64,000 nucleotides of DNA from Octopus sinensis. Its lineage: Eukaryota. Shown here one piece after another: positions 1-13,316 of this stretch. The position numbers and the translations under genes are program-made. The DNA lies in the NCBI RefSeq assembly GCF_006345805.1, contig NC_043003.1:66402001-66466000 (forward strand), read 5' to 3'. Position 1 is the first letter of the stretch. Each line of letters opens with the position of its first letter. A model generated the notes under the pieces. It made no database searches and had not been told where the DNA came from. It saw only the letters and a program-made list of their open reading frames with translations.

Positions 1-1311
1 GTAATATGCTTTATTATTATTAAAGCTGAAAAAATCACAAAATTATCATGATAAACTATAGGTTTTAATTTTTGATTCAAGGTTTTCTTCGATGTCACAT
101 AATACGATTTTAAATCTATCATTTATTAGAAAAATTATAAACCGTTAGTCGATAGGACCAATGGAAAAGAAAACAATTTCAAATGTGTATCTGTCGAAGC
201 AAATTGTATATTTTATACATACAAACTTTATTTTGTTCAATTCTCAATCTAAACTGACCGACGATCGGGAACGTGAAACTCTGAGATGCAGTATTTTGTG
301 ATATTTTTGTAATGTTTTTGCAGCTTTCAGAATAATAAAGTATAGATATATATGTGTATGTGTGTGTGTATGTGTGTGTATGTGTGTGTAGATATATATA
401 TATAATACACGTATATGTGCATGTATGTGCATGTATATTTGTCTGTGTACGAGAATAGAATGTATGTAGTTTGAAATGAGGGCGAAATCAGATAGAATTC
501 GGGGAAAAAAAGGTAAGCGTTGTTATGCAATATTCTATAAAATACGTCGATAGAGTTTTTGTACATATATAGTAAGCACTTAATCCTGCGTTTGTATGGT
601 TCTTAATGTGATTTTTTAACATTTTTTTCTTGTCCTTCCGTGTATGAAATAAATAAGCATTTGGCGTGTTTCGAAGACTTAAATACTAAAATGTTATACC
701 AGTCTGCCATGTTACCTGTCAAAATTACAACACCAAAAAGCTATTTGTGGTTGAGATTATTTTGTTTTATTTTATGTTTTGCTGTTTCACTCTGCTAGCC
801 ATATTTCTTTTCGTTCTGTCCATGAAATTCGTAATAAATAAATAAATAAAAATTTTTTTCTAAAAAAACCAATGATTAAATGATAAAAATATAAATAAAT
901 AACAAACGAAGACGTCTTAGTCAGACTCGAATATTTGTTTGTTAATTACAAGGTCACCGACATCTGATTCTGATTTTTGTCCTCTCACATTCTCTGCTTC
1001 TCTGTCGATTTTTCTCACCCCACTCTCTCTCTCACGCACACACACGCACACATGTTCAACACACAATCATACCACACATACACACACACACAAGCACAAG
1101 TATGTATATATATATATATATATATTCAATCTTACTGAAGATATATCTAACCATGTATGTGTATATGTATGTATATATATATATATGCTGATATGGAGAG
1201 GGAGAGAGAATGAGAGAGAGAGAAAAAGGGAGAGATAAAACATAAATACATATTCATATGTATATCTTTGTGTGTACAAATACATACACGTAAACGTGCG
1301 CATATACAGAC

Positions 1312-1371
<60 letters not shown>

Positions 1372-1900
1372 ATATAGATAGATAGATAAATAACTACACA
1401 GGTGTGCTTAAAAATATATAAGCAAATATATATGTGTGTATATTTATATGTATGAATAAATACATATATCTATCTCTCTCTCTTTCTCTCTCTCGTATAT
1501 ATATATACGCACGCAGACGCACACAAGCACACATATATACATATATACATCAGCATCTTGACAAAAATTGTCAATATTGCTTACCCTTCGTAATAAACGC
1601 TACCACTTTACTATTTTCTCAATATAAAAAATATTTTCAGAGAATTCACATAATTTTATTGATTTACCCCAGAAATTGTTAAAAAAATTCAACATTCTAT
1701 TCAACAAAATAGTTTTATATCATATTTATTTACATATTCTTAAAAAAGCTTTTGCATTCTAGAATTTTTTAAAATTTTTGTTACGTTTTTTTGGAAGTAA
1801 TTTTTTATCTCACTGTATAAAATCATGTATATGACATTTTTAGATTTTATATCTGATAGAATGTGATAAATTGTTGTTTTCGTTGTTGTTGTTGTTATTA

Positions 1901-1947
<47 letters not shown>

Positions 1948-1948
<1 letters not shown>

Positions 1949-2141
1949 GCACACAGGGTAAAATGTTTCTCGGCGTTTCGTCCGCTTTGACGCTCTGAGT
2001 TCACATTCTGTTCAGGTCAAATTTGCCTTTCATCATTTCGAGGCCGATAAACTTAAGTTCCAGTGGAACGCTGGGCTCTATGTAATCGACTAGTCCCCTC
2101 CGCCAAGATTTCAAGCCTTGTGTCTTTAGTCGAAAAGTATA
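1948..2141 (+). mobile_element. tRNA-derived SINE family A, 5'-truncated, between (ATT)n tracts
   Basis: Matches other in-window copies (e.g. 7025-7222): ...ctctgagttcacattc...tttgcctttcatcatttcg...gtaatcgactagtcccc...gccttgtg. Confidence 0.75.
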
Positions 2142-2168
2142 TTTTTGTTGTTATTGCTGTTGATGTTG

Positions 2169-2251
<83 letters not shown>

Positions 2252-2629
2252 GAGTGAGCGAGCAGAGCATGCCATCAAAGTGACACTGGGGTAAAATATA
2301 CGAAGCCCAGTATATCCATCATGACTACCCGTCTGATAAGGGTACACCAGGCACATGCATCACAACCATATGTGCGCGACATGGTGATCTCATATCAAGA
2401 TAAACAGCACATGACCTTGCAGGTGGAGCCCAGTTAGAATTTTCTTCAGATCGAGTAACCCATCCCGCTCAAAAGATCCCTGAATAAGGGTTGTTTAAGG
2501 ACGTTGAACGAAACACCCATGTTTCCAGAAGTGAATTATTCAAACCCCAAAGAATCCTTCTCAACACATGGCAATGATGCTCCCCAACTACTTCTGCTCG
2601 TGATCAGAGATGCGCATATCGTCAGCCAC
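2252..2629 (-). mobile_element. Interspersed repeat family F, copy 1, embedded in (ATT)n; (AAT)n tail on minus strand
   Basis: Homologous to 2717-3004, 29659-30123 and 30282-30745; flanked on both sides by (ATT)n. Confidence 0.75.
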
Positions 2630-2685
<56 letters not shown>

Positions 2686-2716
2686 TATTATTATTATTAC
2701 CATCATCATCATCATT

Positions 2717-3004
2717 GAGCGAGAGAACAGTGCATGCCATGAAAGTAACACTGGGGTACATTTAAGCCCAATATACCTATCATATCGTGACTACCCGTCT
2801 GATAAGGGTACACCAGGCACATGCATCACAGCCACATGTACGCGACGTGGTGATCTTATCTCTAGATAAACAGTGCATGGCCTTGCAGTTGGAGCCCAGT
2901 TAGAATTTTCTTCAGCTTGAGTTTGTTTCTGGATGATGAACAAAAAACCCCATGTTTCGAGAGGTGAATTATTCAAACCCTACTGCCTGGTATTGCATCA
3001 GGGC
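2717..3004 (-). mobile_element. Family F, copy 2 (internally deleted)
   Basis: Same core as copy 1; ends in ctgcctggtattgcatcagggc like copies 3 and 4. Confidence 0.75.
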
Positions 3005-3487
3005 TACTATTATTATTTGTACTTGGAAGAAGAGGTCGCTTGTTGCAGCTCTTATGCTTTGTTTGAATTTTGTTGCTTCAAAGTCTGGTTTTGCATTTTT
3101 GTTGGACTGTTTACTAAATAAGCTATTTCACTTTGCTTCAATTAAGTTGGCTTTGTGAAAAATTTGACCTGAAAGGGCAAAAGCAGAATTGATCAGCTCA
3201 AGGCATGGAAATGGTCATACAGGTAGGTCCTCAATGTATGGATATGATACCGGACCTCATTAATCAACCGGACTGCCTAAAATTATATATAGCTATCAAG
3301 AGAAGAAGGTTAAATTGTCACTTAATGAAACCACCTCAAGGTTTTTAGCTCACCAGAAAAGTAAAAAGAGTGTTCACGTTTTCAATGACTCGTTCATCGC
3401 CGCCACATCATCAATTAAAAATACAACATCAGTCACATCATTCCCAGCAGCAGCAGAAAATACAGCAATAGTCCCCAGCAGAGGCAA

Positions 3488-4200
3488 GTGGGCACGACAA
3501 CAACAAGAGTAAATTTAACAGCCGCGGAAACAGCAATAGTAATTGCAGTATTTAAAGCAGCAACAACTGCAACAACAAAATTAGACGCTACTAAAATAAC
3601 AGGAAACAGCAACACAAACTCCCAAAACCAACAACAACAATGTCAGCAATACAACACACTAAAACTCCCCGAGATATTACCTCTCTCCGACTTACACCAC
3701 ACAGATATGTCATGTAGGGAAGATGACGAGAACACCAAATGGCAAATAATAACAAAGGCAACGAAAGGGAGAAGAAACAAAAATATTCCAATCCTCAAAA
3801 CTGGAAGATACGAACAAACTGAGGAGATGCCTTCAAGCGATGATGCATCAACACCCGCTTCCTCAACAACAGATACCTCAGAACAATCAACACCATCGTC
3901 CGCATCATCAACTCAGTTATCACAGGTACCTTTTATCACAAGCATAACCACACCAATAATCAGGATACTTGCCCCAACACGGACAATAACATAAATACAA
4001 GCCATAATTAACTAATGGTGTACTTACCCGAATATGCTGACATCACACACGACAACTACATCATATTAACCAATAATCCTTCCACTACACAGAGAAAATA
4101 TTCACATTTCTCAAAAGACTTTGACCACGTTAAAACATAAATATCCTAAACAATTCAAAGAATTTAGGTTCAACATAAACAAAGATAATATTCAGTTACC
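3488..4200 (+). pseudogene. Possible decayed LINE ORF1 (gag-like) fragment
   Basis: 168-aa low-complexity T/S/Q/N-rich ORF with KWQIITKATKGRRNK, directly upstream of a LINE ORF2 remnant; no diagnostic domain recognised. Confidence 0.3.
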
Positions 4201-4224
4201 AAGCATGGCTGTAAGACTTTTCAT

Positions 4225-6110
4225 TAGCATTTCGTTTGGATGCTGGGACGAACGACGGTCTAACGGAGAATGAGTTACAGTGTCTATCTCGACGGCCTCT
4301 TGCGCCTCTCGGTAAAACAGGTGGAGCGTCGCGAAAAGCAGAAATACGGGGAGTGATTGTTGGCTGCGTTAGGTGCAAATCGCCTGGTTTGGATGGTCTT
4401 CCTTAGACGCTTTACTGTTATATGCCAGACTTGTTTGGAGAGCTCATGGCAGAAATCTACGGCAACTGGCAGCAGCATCTTAGAACTCCTACTTCCGTGT
4501 CTCAAGGAGTGACTGTTTGCTAGTAAATAAATTGTACAAGGGAATCACATTGATAATTTTAGGCCCATATCTCAACTAAACACAGATATTAAAATATTGG
4601 CGTTAGCAAAAAGGTTGGTGTTTGTGGTCAAGAATCCAATTGGGGATTCGCAAACATGCTTCATTCTAAGAGATGTATCGACGACACTACATCTCATTCG
4701 GTGCATAATAGAAAGGGTGTGTAATGAAGCTGGCATGGGTGACGCTCTGATAAATTTAACTCAATTTAAACCTTTCGATAGGGTCGACCAGTAATGCTTG
4801 GCGGCTTTTCTCACGGCAGCCGACTTCGTTGCCACCTTCCCCAATTGGGTTACTGCAACACATTCACCTGATTGGCACTGTTGCAAAGGAATGAGGCGGT
4901 CACAGGAGCAATCTTCAAACTAAAGAACTCAATGGTTCCAGAGCGCTCCACCAGGAGGGGCAAGTGCATGTTGTCTACCAGTGTTGTGGAACGCTGGACG
5001 GTTAAACGGACAAAATTGTTTGGGGTCTGGGTCGGTCAGAAATATCAAGTGGAGAAATGGGACGAGGTGACAAACAAGCCACTCACGCCATGAAGTGGAT
5101 CGAGAGAAAGCTTTTGTGAAAGTCCGAGCCGAGGTGATGAAAGCTTATATCACCCCCATCACATACAAACGACTGACCGTCGTGTCTTGTCCCTGTTCAC
5201 GTCTGGTCAGATTGGAGCGCATTATCTTTCACTTATTATGGAAGGAACGCGTTCTGTTGCTAAACCACTCCATTTCTTGTCACAACTGCTGAGTTGAGGA
5301 CTGGGTAAGCTGTGGTTGATGATGCACAGACACGGATAAGCACTGTAATATCTCTAGCGTGTTCTTGACGGCAAGTTCTGATCGCCGTTACTCGCTTTTC
5401 CGAAGCTCGTCTCCTTGATTGAGCTGCAATAATTAATCAAACAGGGGTTTATCTTCCAGAAGGCCGTTAGGTGCTCACAGCTCTCTTCCAGTAGATCTAA
5501 GTGGTCGATGAAAGTTTCGCTTTGGTGTTCTATATAATTTCAGTGCCGGGCTGGAGTGATGTTCTCGCGAAAACGTTTGGCATCGAAGTGAATAAATTTC
5601 TCGGCATCTTCCGGAGAACGTTCAAACCGATGCGCATAATTTCCAGTATCTCTTGCCTGGCAGTACTACAAAGGATTTGGGTTATTGCCTGTTCAAAATA
5701 AACTTTACAGGCATGGAATTGCCGCCAGACAAGCCTGCCCAAAGTGCGTGCTGAGCGACGAAACTCTTCTGCGTCCAGTGCTCGAGCATTGCAGTTTTGT
5801 GCTTTAACGGCTGCTCAGAACCAGCTATCGGCTGAGTCTAAAGTGAAGGTTGCCCCACCGCCTTATTTTGAACGGGAAGGACAGGTAGTTTTATCCGTCT
5901 GGTGGACTTAGCAAAAGAGGCTGTGTGGTGGAAAAGAGTGAATCTAGATACCTTATTCTTTGGCCAACCCCGTTGCAGGTGCATGCTGACCGACAGCGTC
6001 GTAGCGTGAGGGACGGAAGGACTGGTTAAATAGCACCGGATTTGGTCTGGGCTTCCAAATGGACATGAACTTGGTGTGGAAGGTGACACGAGCAGGAGAG
6101 CAAGGAGGAA
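4225..6110 (+). mobile_element. Tx1-like (L1 clade) LINE ORF2 remnant: RT plus C-terminal Cys-rich domain, many stops and frameshifts
   Basis: KSPGLDGLP (4377-4403), DNFRPISQLNTDIKIL, LAKRL..SQTCF..LHLIRCIIERV..ALINL.QFKPFDRVD, RAEV..AYI..RLTVVSCP, LYRHG..RQACPKC. Confidence 0.85.
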
Positions 6111-6189
6111 GCTGTTCTTCAAGAAGGCTGTTCTTCAAGGAAGTTATTCTCCAAGGAAGCATTTCTCATCTATTACCGCCGGACCATCT

Positions 6190-6835
6190 TCCTTTGCCTT
6201 GCTTCGATACTAATCGAGATGGAGCGCTTGACCTTCCGCTTTCTGTGCAAGGACATATTCCGCTTGTCAGATATTCTATCAGCTGTCAGCAGCCGTCGAG
6301 TGAAGGATCGGTTTAGCCGTGACTAGTGATGGGCACACATGCACTGAGGCTACCACATCTCCAGGGTTTCCTTGACAGTGAGCAGGTGTGGTCGCTGTTT
6401 GTCAGACAGGGTTTTCCATAACTCGCCACATTGACGGTATATATAGTTCTGAGTATCGGGAAGCGCTTTCAGACCTCTGCCAGTCAGGCAATTTAGTCGG
6501 TAAATGTTCCACATTGGGGGTTAGTGGCAGGCAAGTGCAATGACATATTCGGGGTAACTTTGGGCGTTGGTAGAGGTCAACAAGCTGGTCTTTTCTGGGG
6601 GCTTTCAGGCCAAGGCCTATGGATAATTTTCAGAAATCTCTGGTTTGAAAGTGCAAGAAAAGGGCGCTGTTGGTTCTAGAAATCTCTACAGGAACGGAAG
6701 TGTTGTCAGACAGAATTGTCCGAAATATGCGCCCCCCTCCCTCTCCTCGGTATTTTTGTTTAGAGGTGGGTGAATATGGAGAGGATTGCCCGCATGAATG
6801 AGCCTAGACTGAACACATGCTTGTAAGCCAGAGGA
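6190..6835 (+). mobile_element. Second, diverged Tx1-like ORF2 C-terminal fragment
   Basis: GHIPLVRYSISCQQP, GTHALRLPHLQGFLDSEQVWS, RPMDNFQKSL, LYRNGSVVRQNCPK; parallels 5250-5760. Confidence 0.75.
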
Positions 6836-6854
6836 GTTGAGAAGAAAGAGAGGC

Positions 6855-6882
6855 ACCATCATCATCATCATTGTCATGAATA

Positions 6883-6943
<61 letters not shown>

Positions 6944-6951
6944 CATTATCC

Positions 6952-6996
<45 letters not shown>

Positions 6997-7024
6997 TATT
7001 ATTATTATTATTATTATTGTTATT
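6855..7024. repeat. (ATC)n/(ATT)n compound microsatellite
   Basis: Direct reading. Confidence 0.95.
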
Positions 7025-7222
7025 CAGGCGGCGAAATGGCAGAATCGTTAGCATGCCGAGCAAAATGCTTAGCACCATCTCGCCCGTCTTTACGTTCTGA
7101 GTTCAAATTCAACCGAGGTCGACTTTGCTGTCATCCTTTCGGGGTCAATAAATTAAATACTATTGAAACACTGGGGTCAATGTAATCGACTTATCTCCTC
7201 CTCCAAAATTTCAGGCCTTGTG
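7025..7222 (+). mobile_element. SINE family A, near full length
   Basis: Head aggcggcgaaatggcagaatcgttagc (A-box-like) and gagttcaaattc (B-box). Confidence 0.85.
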
Positions 7223-7929
7223 AAAAGATTATTATTGTTATTGTTGTTGTTTTTGTAGTTGTTGGTTGTGGTGGTTTTAACTTTTAGTGTATTTAAATTT
7301 TCCATTCTGTCAACTGGAAGTTTGAATATCTGACATTGAATCGTGTTATGTTTTGTAATAAAGAGAAAGTGAGAAAAAGAAATTGGTATAAATATAGAAA
7401 AATAAAAATCAAGTATCGTTAAAACAAGCCCTTCTTGTAATTATAAGCCAGTTTGGCACCGCCGTTTAAGGTCAGCGCAAACGTTTTTCACAGCAGAATA
7501 TAAAATTCTCTAGAATTATTTTGGAAGAAATGTCGATTTAATTCTGAGATCAGGACTGTATTTTAGAAGCAATTTTTGTAGAATGTTGCTTTCATATGTG
7601 TTTAAATCTGCGCAATATAAGTATTTGCGTGTGAGTGCGCACACGCATGACCGTGTTTGTGAGAGGGTGAGGGAGAGAAAGTGTGTGTCTGTATGTGAGA
7701 ACGGCGTGCGTATGTGCGTCTGTATGTGCAAGTATGTTCGCTTATGTGTGTGTATGTGTGTGCGTGGGTGTATATATATATATATATTATGTATGCATAT
7801 ATATATACACTCAAACACACACGCAAATATACATATATATATACACATGTATGTATATATATATGTGTGTATATATATATCTACATCCGAACTCGCAGTT
7901 TTACCATGGCTACCGAATAATTGTCTCAT

Positions 7930-7960
<31 letters not shown>

Positions 7961-8008
7961 ATGTATGTATGTAGTAAAAGAGAGCGAGAGAGAGAGATAT
8001 ATAAAGGC

Positions 8009-8039
<31 letters not shown>

Positions 8040-8085
8040 TAGATAACTAGATAGATATACACATATATGTTTAAAACCCTATTTC

Positions 8086-8146
8086 GAGGCGATACTCCAG
8101 CATGGCCGCAATCAAAGGACTGAAATAAGTAGAAGAGTAAAAGAAT
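8086..8146 (+). mobile_element. SINE family B, isolated 3' tail
   Basis: gaggcgatactccagcatggccgcaatcaaaggactgaaataagtagaagagtaaaaga. Confidence 0.65.
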
Positions 8147-8569
8147 ATGTAGATGGATGAGAAAATAGATGGGCAGATGAGTGAGAAGGTGGGTGGATAG
8201 AGGGACATATGTGTAGTGTGGGTAGCCTGAGTAGCTATGGTACGGGAAAACTATGCTCTTGCTTTCTAAAACGCTACTATTGGTTTGAAAATGCAGAACT
8301 GTCTTTCTCGAACCTCGAGATACTACATGGAAATTTTATGTTGGACAAAATAAATAGAGCTATTTTTATGAAAGAAGATATTTACACAGTCGACCAGTTT
8401 CGGTTATACTAACTATGATTCAGTAGGTAGAGATAATGTTACAATTTTATGTCATCATAAGTTTTCATTCTATGTTTGTCAAAGGAAGGCTATTTTGTAA
8501 ATGAACCAGGAGGTGAATAACTTTTAGGAGAGTTAATCAGTGATTGCGATTATTAGAATCAGAGGCGGT

Positions 8570-8591
8570 ATATATATATATATATATATAT

Positions 8592-8673
<82 letters not shown>

Positions 8674-8693
8674 TGATTGATAGATAGATAGAT
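8570..8693. repeat. (TA)n followed by near-perfect (GATA)n
   Basis: Direct reading. Confidence 0.95.
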
Positions 8694-9060
8694 ACTGTCG
8701 GCCGCAAATACTCAAAGTATGTGCTTTGCTTGCTCACCGCTACGCGGTGGGGATCACTCGCTAACAGCATTGCGTGTTAAAACACCCGAACGTCAGAGTC
8801 AGATGAGACAATTCGCTCTTAATCCAATTCAGAAGTGATGGATACCGATATTTCAGAATTTTTATGGCTCAACATCATGAAAGCTGATAAAATCTTGATG
8901 TATATTTCAGTAATCAAAAGTTGATAAAATATTTTAAAATTCTTAGTAATTGCATAAAAAATTAGGAAAAATAAATTTAATTATAATCACTGCAGAGACC
9001 TCTAGAAAACGTGAGAACACATCTAAACATGCAAGATATGTTACACATTACGAATTAACG

Positions 9061-9116
9061 CTTATACGTAAGTTTCGCTTTCTTTTTCGGCAATGAATAG
9101 CAAAGCTCGTCTTAAG
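9061..9116 (-). ncRNA. Degenerate hammerhead ribozyme relic
   Basis: Minus strand CTTA-aGACGA-GCTTTGC..GAAAGC-GAAA-CTTACG-TA-TAAG; stems I and II pair, but core C3U4 is replaced by a single A. Confidence 0.35.
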
Positions 9117-9960
9117 AAATGCAGTGTTGCTCACAGATCTGCTACAACTCCTGTTTATTTCGTCCTGTCAGAATGGAACTGACCTTTGCTGTACAGTTTA
9201 TATGTTCTTAAGCTGAAACTGTAAACCATATTATAAACACGTTTTGTGTTAGGTTTAGCGATTTAGTGCGAAATACTTACAAGATTCTGATGAAAACTAG
9301 TTACATCAGATTTCTTTACATCTTAAATATCATTCGTAACAGCGGTGTTTCAATAAGAAGTATTTGCAGAATATTTGGAACCTGAAAACAAAGAGCCACT
9401 TCATAATTCTGATGCCTGCCATACAAAATATTGGGCTCACCCAATTATTTTGTGGACATCCCGAAAATATTTCAAGCAAAGGATCACACACTACAAGAAA
9501 GACCCTTGTACCAATAATACTTAAAAGCATCTACCTACCTATCTGTGTGTGAGAGTGTGTTGATATGTGTGTTGATGTGCGTGTATGTATGTACTTGTGT
9601 TGATGTCTGTCTATGTATGTATGGCGTTTCGACAGCGTGTTTGATTTAGAGACACGTAGGGACACACGCATGTTCTGAAGACGGAGAAGCTCGCCCACAC
9701 AAGTGTGTTTGTATGTGTTTGTATAAACGTACGTTGAAAGTTCTGTGCGAATGCATGCACATGACCGGGTGAACACTCACATGGGTGTATGCGGTGTGTC
9801 TGCGTTTAAGAACTGATGGGAAAAAGAGATACAAGTAGAAAAATATTGAGAAAAATTAAGATGACACGTTTACACAGATGTGAATTTCCGCATTCAACTC
9901 ACATCTCTCAATGAAAAGTGTTGCTTTGTAAATATGTGTGAGTGTGTGTGTGTATGCACG

Positions 9961-9993
<33 letters not shown>

Positions 9994-10070
9994 GTATGTA
10001 TGTATGTATATATAAATATACATGTATCTATCTATTTATCAATCAATCTATCTATATATATGTATATGTG

Positions 10071-10113
<43 letters not shown>

Positions 10114-10438
10114 TATTATATATATATATATATATATACACATACATATGTGTGTGTGTGTATTTATATATGTATATATATATATGAGTGTGTGCATATA
10201 TGTATATATGTGTGTATAGATGTATGTATGTGATTGTGTACGTGTTTGATAGATGCATACAAATACATTTGTATATGTATATTTATATTTATATACATTT
10301 ATTCGTGTAGATATACGCATATACATCTGTATATAAAAGTGTGTGTATGTGTATGTATCATATATATAAATACACACACACACATATCAATGCACGAATG
10401 CATACATGCGTACATACATACATACATACATACATACA

Positions 10439-10472
<34 letters not shown>

Positions 10473-10914
10473 CATTCATATATAATAACAGTTTTATGTT
10501 TAATTCCATAACATCGCCACCAGCCGTAAGTTATGTTTTCACTATCTGTCATCGTAACTGCACTGGAGTAGTAAACAACCTTATGGTTGACATTTAAACC
10601 GAGCAGATTTTTTTGGTTTACCCCTCTCATCCGCAGCACCCCCCCCCCACTTCACCTATACAGCCTAGCATCATACCAACTGGTTCTAAGTTAACAAATC
10701 GCTGCAGGTTATGATCCCACCAGAAAAAAACGAAAACAGATCTACAAAAACAATATGTTTGCCTCTGTTAAGAAAACACTTGGTTTCCTAATGTCGAGAG
10801 GGAGAGAGAGAGAGGGAGGGAGAGAGAGAGGGAGAGAGAGAGATTGAGCGACAACTAAAGAAAGCTATTTCTTTCGACAGTAAAAATAATGTAAAAGGTA
10901 AAAATAGCATAATG

Positions 10915-10917
<3 letters not shown>

Positions 10918-10986
<69 letters not shown>

Positions 10987-10998
10987 TTAATAATAATA

Positions 10999-11044
<46 letters not shown>
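10918..11044. repeat. (AAT)n microsatellite
   Basis: Direct reading. Confidence 0.95.
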
Positions 11045-11047
<3 letters not shown>

Positions 11048-11255
11048 GCTGAAATAAATTCTTGATCATTTATCATTGTTGGTCTTCTCTGTTCGACTGG
11101 TATTAAAAGGCCTGGAGAAAGAGAAAAGGTTACACCCCGCACACACAAACAGCACCCCCCCCCCACACACACAAACACACACGTATGTACACCCCTACAC
11201 ACCACATGTACACACACACGCATGTACACCCCTACGCAACACATATACACACACA

Positions 11256-11308
<53 letters not shown>

Positions 11309-11338
11309 GTATGTATTTATGTATGTATATATATGTAC

Positions 11339-11379
<41 letters not shown>

Positions 11380-11980
11380 CGTACGTACATTTACATGCAT
11401 GTGCCCGTCTGTATACATGTATGTATATAAACGGATGAAATGTTGAGATAGTAAAAGTCTAGAGAAAGTACAATAGACGAAAGGTTATCTCTGGGAATGT
11501 TTCTTAGATAAAAGAATGCCTTCCTTTTTGCGCGCCAATTGTTGTTCTCTCCGGCTGCTTGTGAAATGTTATTTCATGTGTTTTCCGAATAACGCCTCTT
11601 ATCTGCCATAGCCTCGCCGTTTCGCTGTCGTCCTCGTCTTCATCACCCATCATAGACGTCATCAGCACCCTCTTCGTCGTCGTGTTATCATCATCATCAT
11701 CATCGTAAACATTCACTCAAGCAGCATCGATGCCACCGTAAGCGACAGCATACCAGCTTCATATGCAGCAGCAGCAACAAAAACAGAGACCAACGCCGAG
11801 ATTTTTTTTTTCATCAACTTTATCTATCGGTGGAATCGGGAGAAGCAAATGGTAAGTGGAAACAGAATGATGTGTGGCTTTGAGTCTTTATACTCTGGGT
11901 TCAAATCCCGTCAAAAATCTATGAAGACAAAAATCAGTTAAGCACAGTTATCAATCAATACAATAGATTATTCCCGTTAT

Positions 11981-12383
11981 TTACTCTTTTACTTATTTCG
12001 GTCAGCTGACTGCGGCCATGCTGGAGCACCGCCTTTAGTCGACCAAATCGACCCCAGTACTTATTCTTTGTAAGCCTAGTACATATTCTATCGGACACTT
12101 TTGCCGAACCGCTAGATTACGGGGACGTAAACATATCACTATCGGCTGTCAAGCGATGTTGGGTGGTGGGGACAAAGACAGACACACATACACACACACA
12201 CACACGCATATATATATATACGACGGGATTCTTTCAGTTTCCGTCTACCAAATCCACTCGCAAGGCTTTGGTCGGTCTGAGGCTACAGTTGAAGACAATT
12301 GCCCAAGGTGCCACGCAGTGCGAATGAACCCGGAACCATGTGCTTGGTAAGTAAGCAACTTACCACACTCCCACTCCTGCTCC
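11981..12383 (-). mobile_element. SINE family B, full length (tRNA head, CORE-like accttgggcaa, internal CA/TA microsatellite, gtaaaaga tail)
   Basis: Same layout as 23709-24166 and 56291-56700. Confidence 0.85.
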
Positions 12384-12540
12384 TATTTCATAAATATCGT
12401 TTTCAAATTTTGGTACAAGGCCTGCAATTTCGGTGATGGTGGCGGTGGTGGTGGTGGGGTAGTGCTTGAATCAATTACATCGAGCCTAGTGCTCAGCTGG
12501 CACTTGAACTCAGAACGGCGACATTTGAACCACATAGCCT

Positions 12541-12885
12541 ATAATTCCGGGTCCAGTCTTACTGCGTGGCACCTGGGAAAATATCTTCTTCTAAAGCCAT
12601 GGTCAGACCAAAGCCTTCTGAATGGATTTAGTAGATGGGAACTAAAAGATGACCCTCGTATGTGTGTGTGTCCTTGTGTCTGTGTTTGTCCCCCTACCAC
12701 CGCTTGACACCCGTTGTTGGTATTTTTACGTCCCAATAACTTAGCCGTTGAGCAAAGGACGAAAGAATAAGTACTGTGCTTTGAAAAAATTAGTACTGTG
12801 TTTTATTCATTCGACTAAGAATCATTCAGAGCCGTGCTACAGCATAGCCGCAGTCTAATGATTAAAACAAGTAAAAAATAAAGAG
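12541..12885 (+). mobile_element. SINE family B, diverged copy
   Basis: ttccgggtccagtcttactgcgtggcacc ... cagcatagccgcagtctaatgattaaaacaagtaaaa. Confidence 0.75.
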
Positions 12886-12914
12886 ATAACAATTTTGTTT
12901 GGTGCGGTAACGAT

Positions 12915-13316
12915 TCTTTTCTACACTAGGCACAAGGCCCGAAATTTTGGTGGAGGGGTCAGTCGATTAGATCTGCCCAAGTACTCGTCTGGTATTTAAT
13001 TTACCAACCATTTAAGGGATGAAAGACAAAGTCCATCTCGGCGGAATTTGAACTCAGAACGTAAAGACAGACGAAATACCATTATGTATTTCGCCCGGCG
13101 TGCTAACATTTATACCAGCTCGCCGCCTTTAAGAATCTTTTCTACTCTAGGCACAAGGCCCGAAAATTTGATTAGAGCGATTCCAGTACGCAACTGCAAC
13201 TTCATTTAACGATCCCGAATGGATGAAAGGCAAAGTCGACCTCGGCGGAATTTGAACTCAGAACGTAACGACAGACGAAATACCGCCCGGTGTGCTGACA
13301 TTTCTGCCAGCTCACC
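12915..13316 (-). mobile_element. SINE family A, head-to-tail dimer
   Basis: Two units, 12915-13130 and 13133-13316, each with cggcggaatttgaactcagaacgtaa. Confidence 0.85.

Noticed and set aside
11590-11670. Minus-strand CUGAUGA-CGUC..GACG...GAAA and the 70-aa acidic ORF 11504-11716
   Set aside because: Eleven extra nucleotides lie between stem II and GAAA and there is no stem I or NUH; the region is a degenerate CAT/CGT trinucleotide tract.
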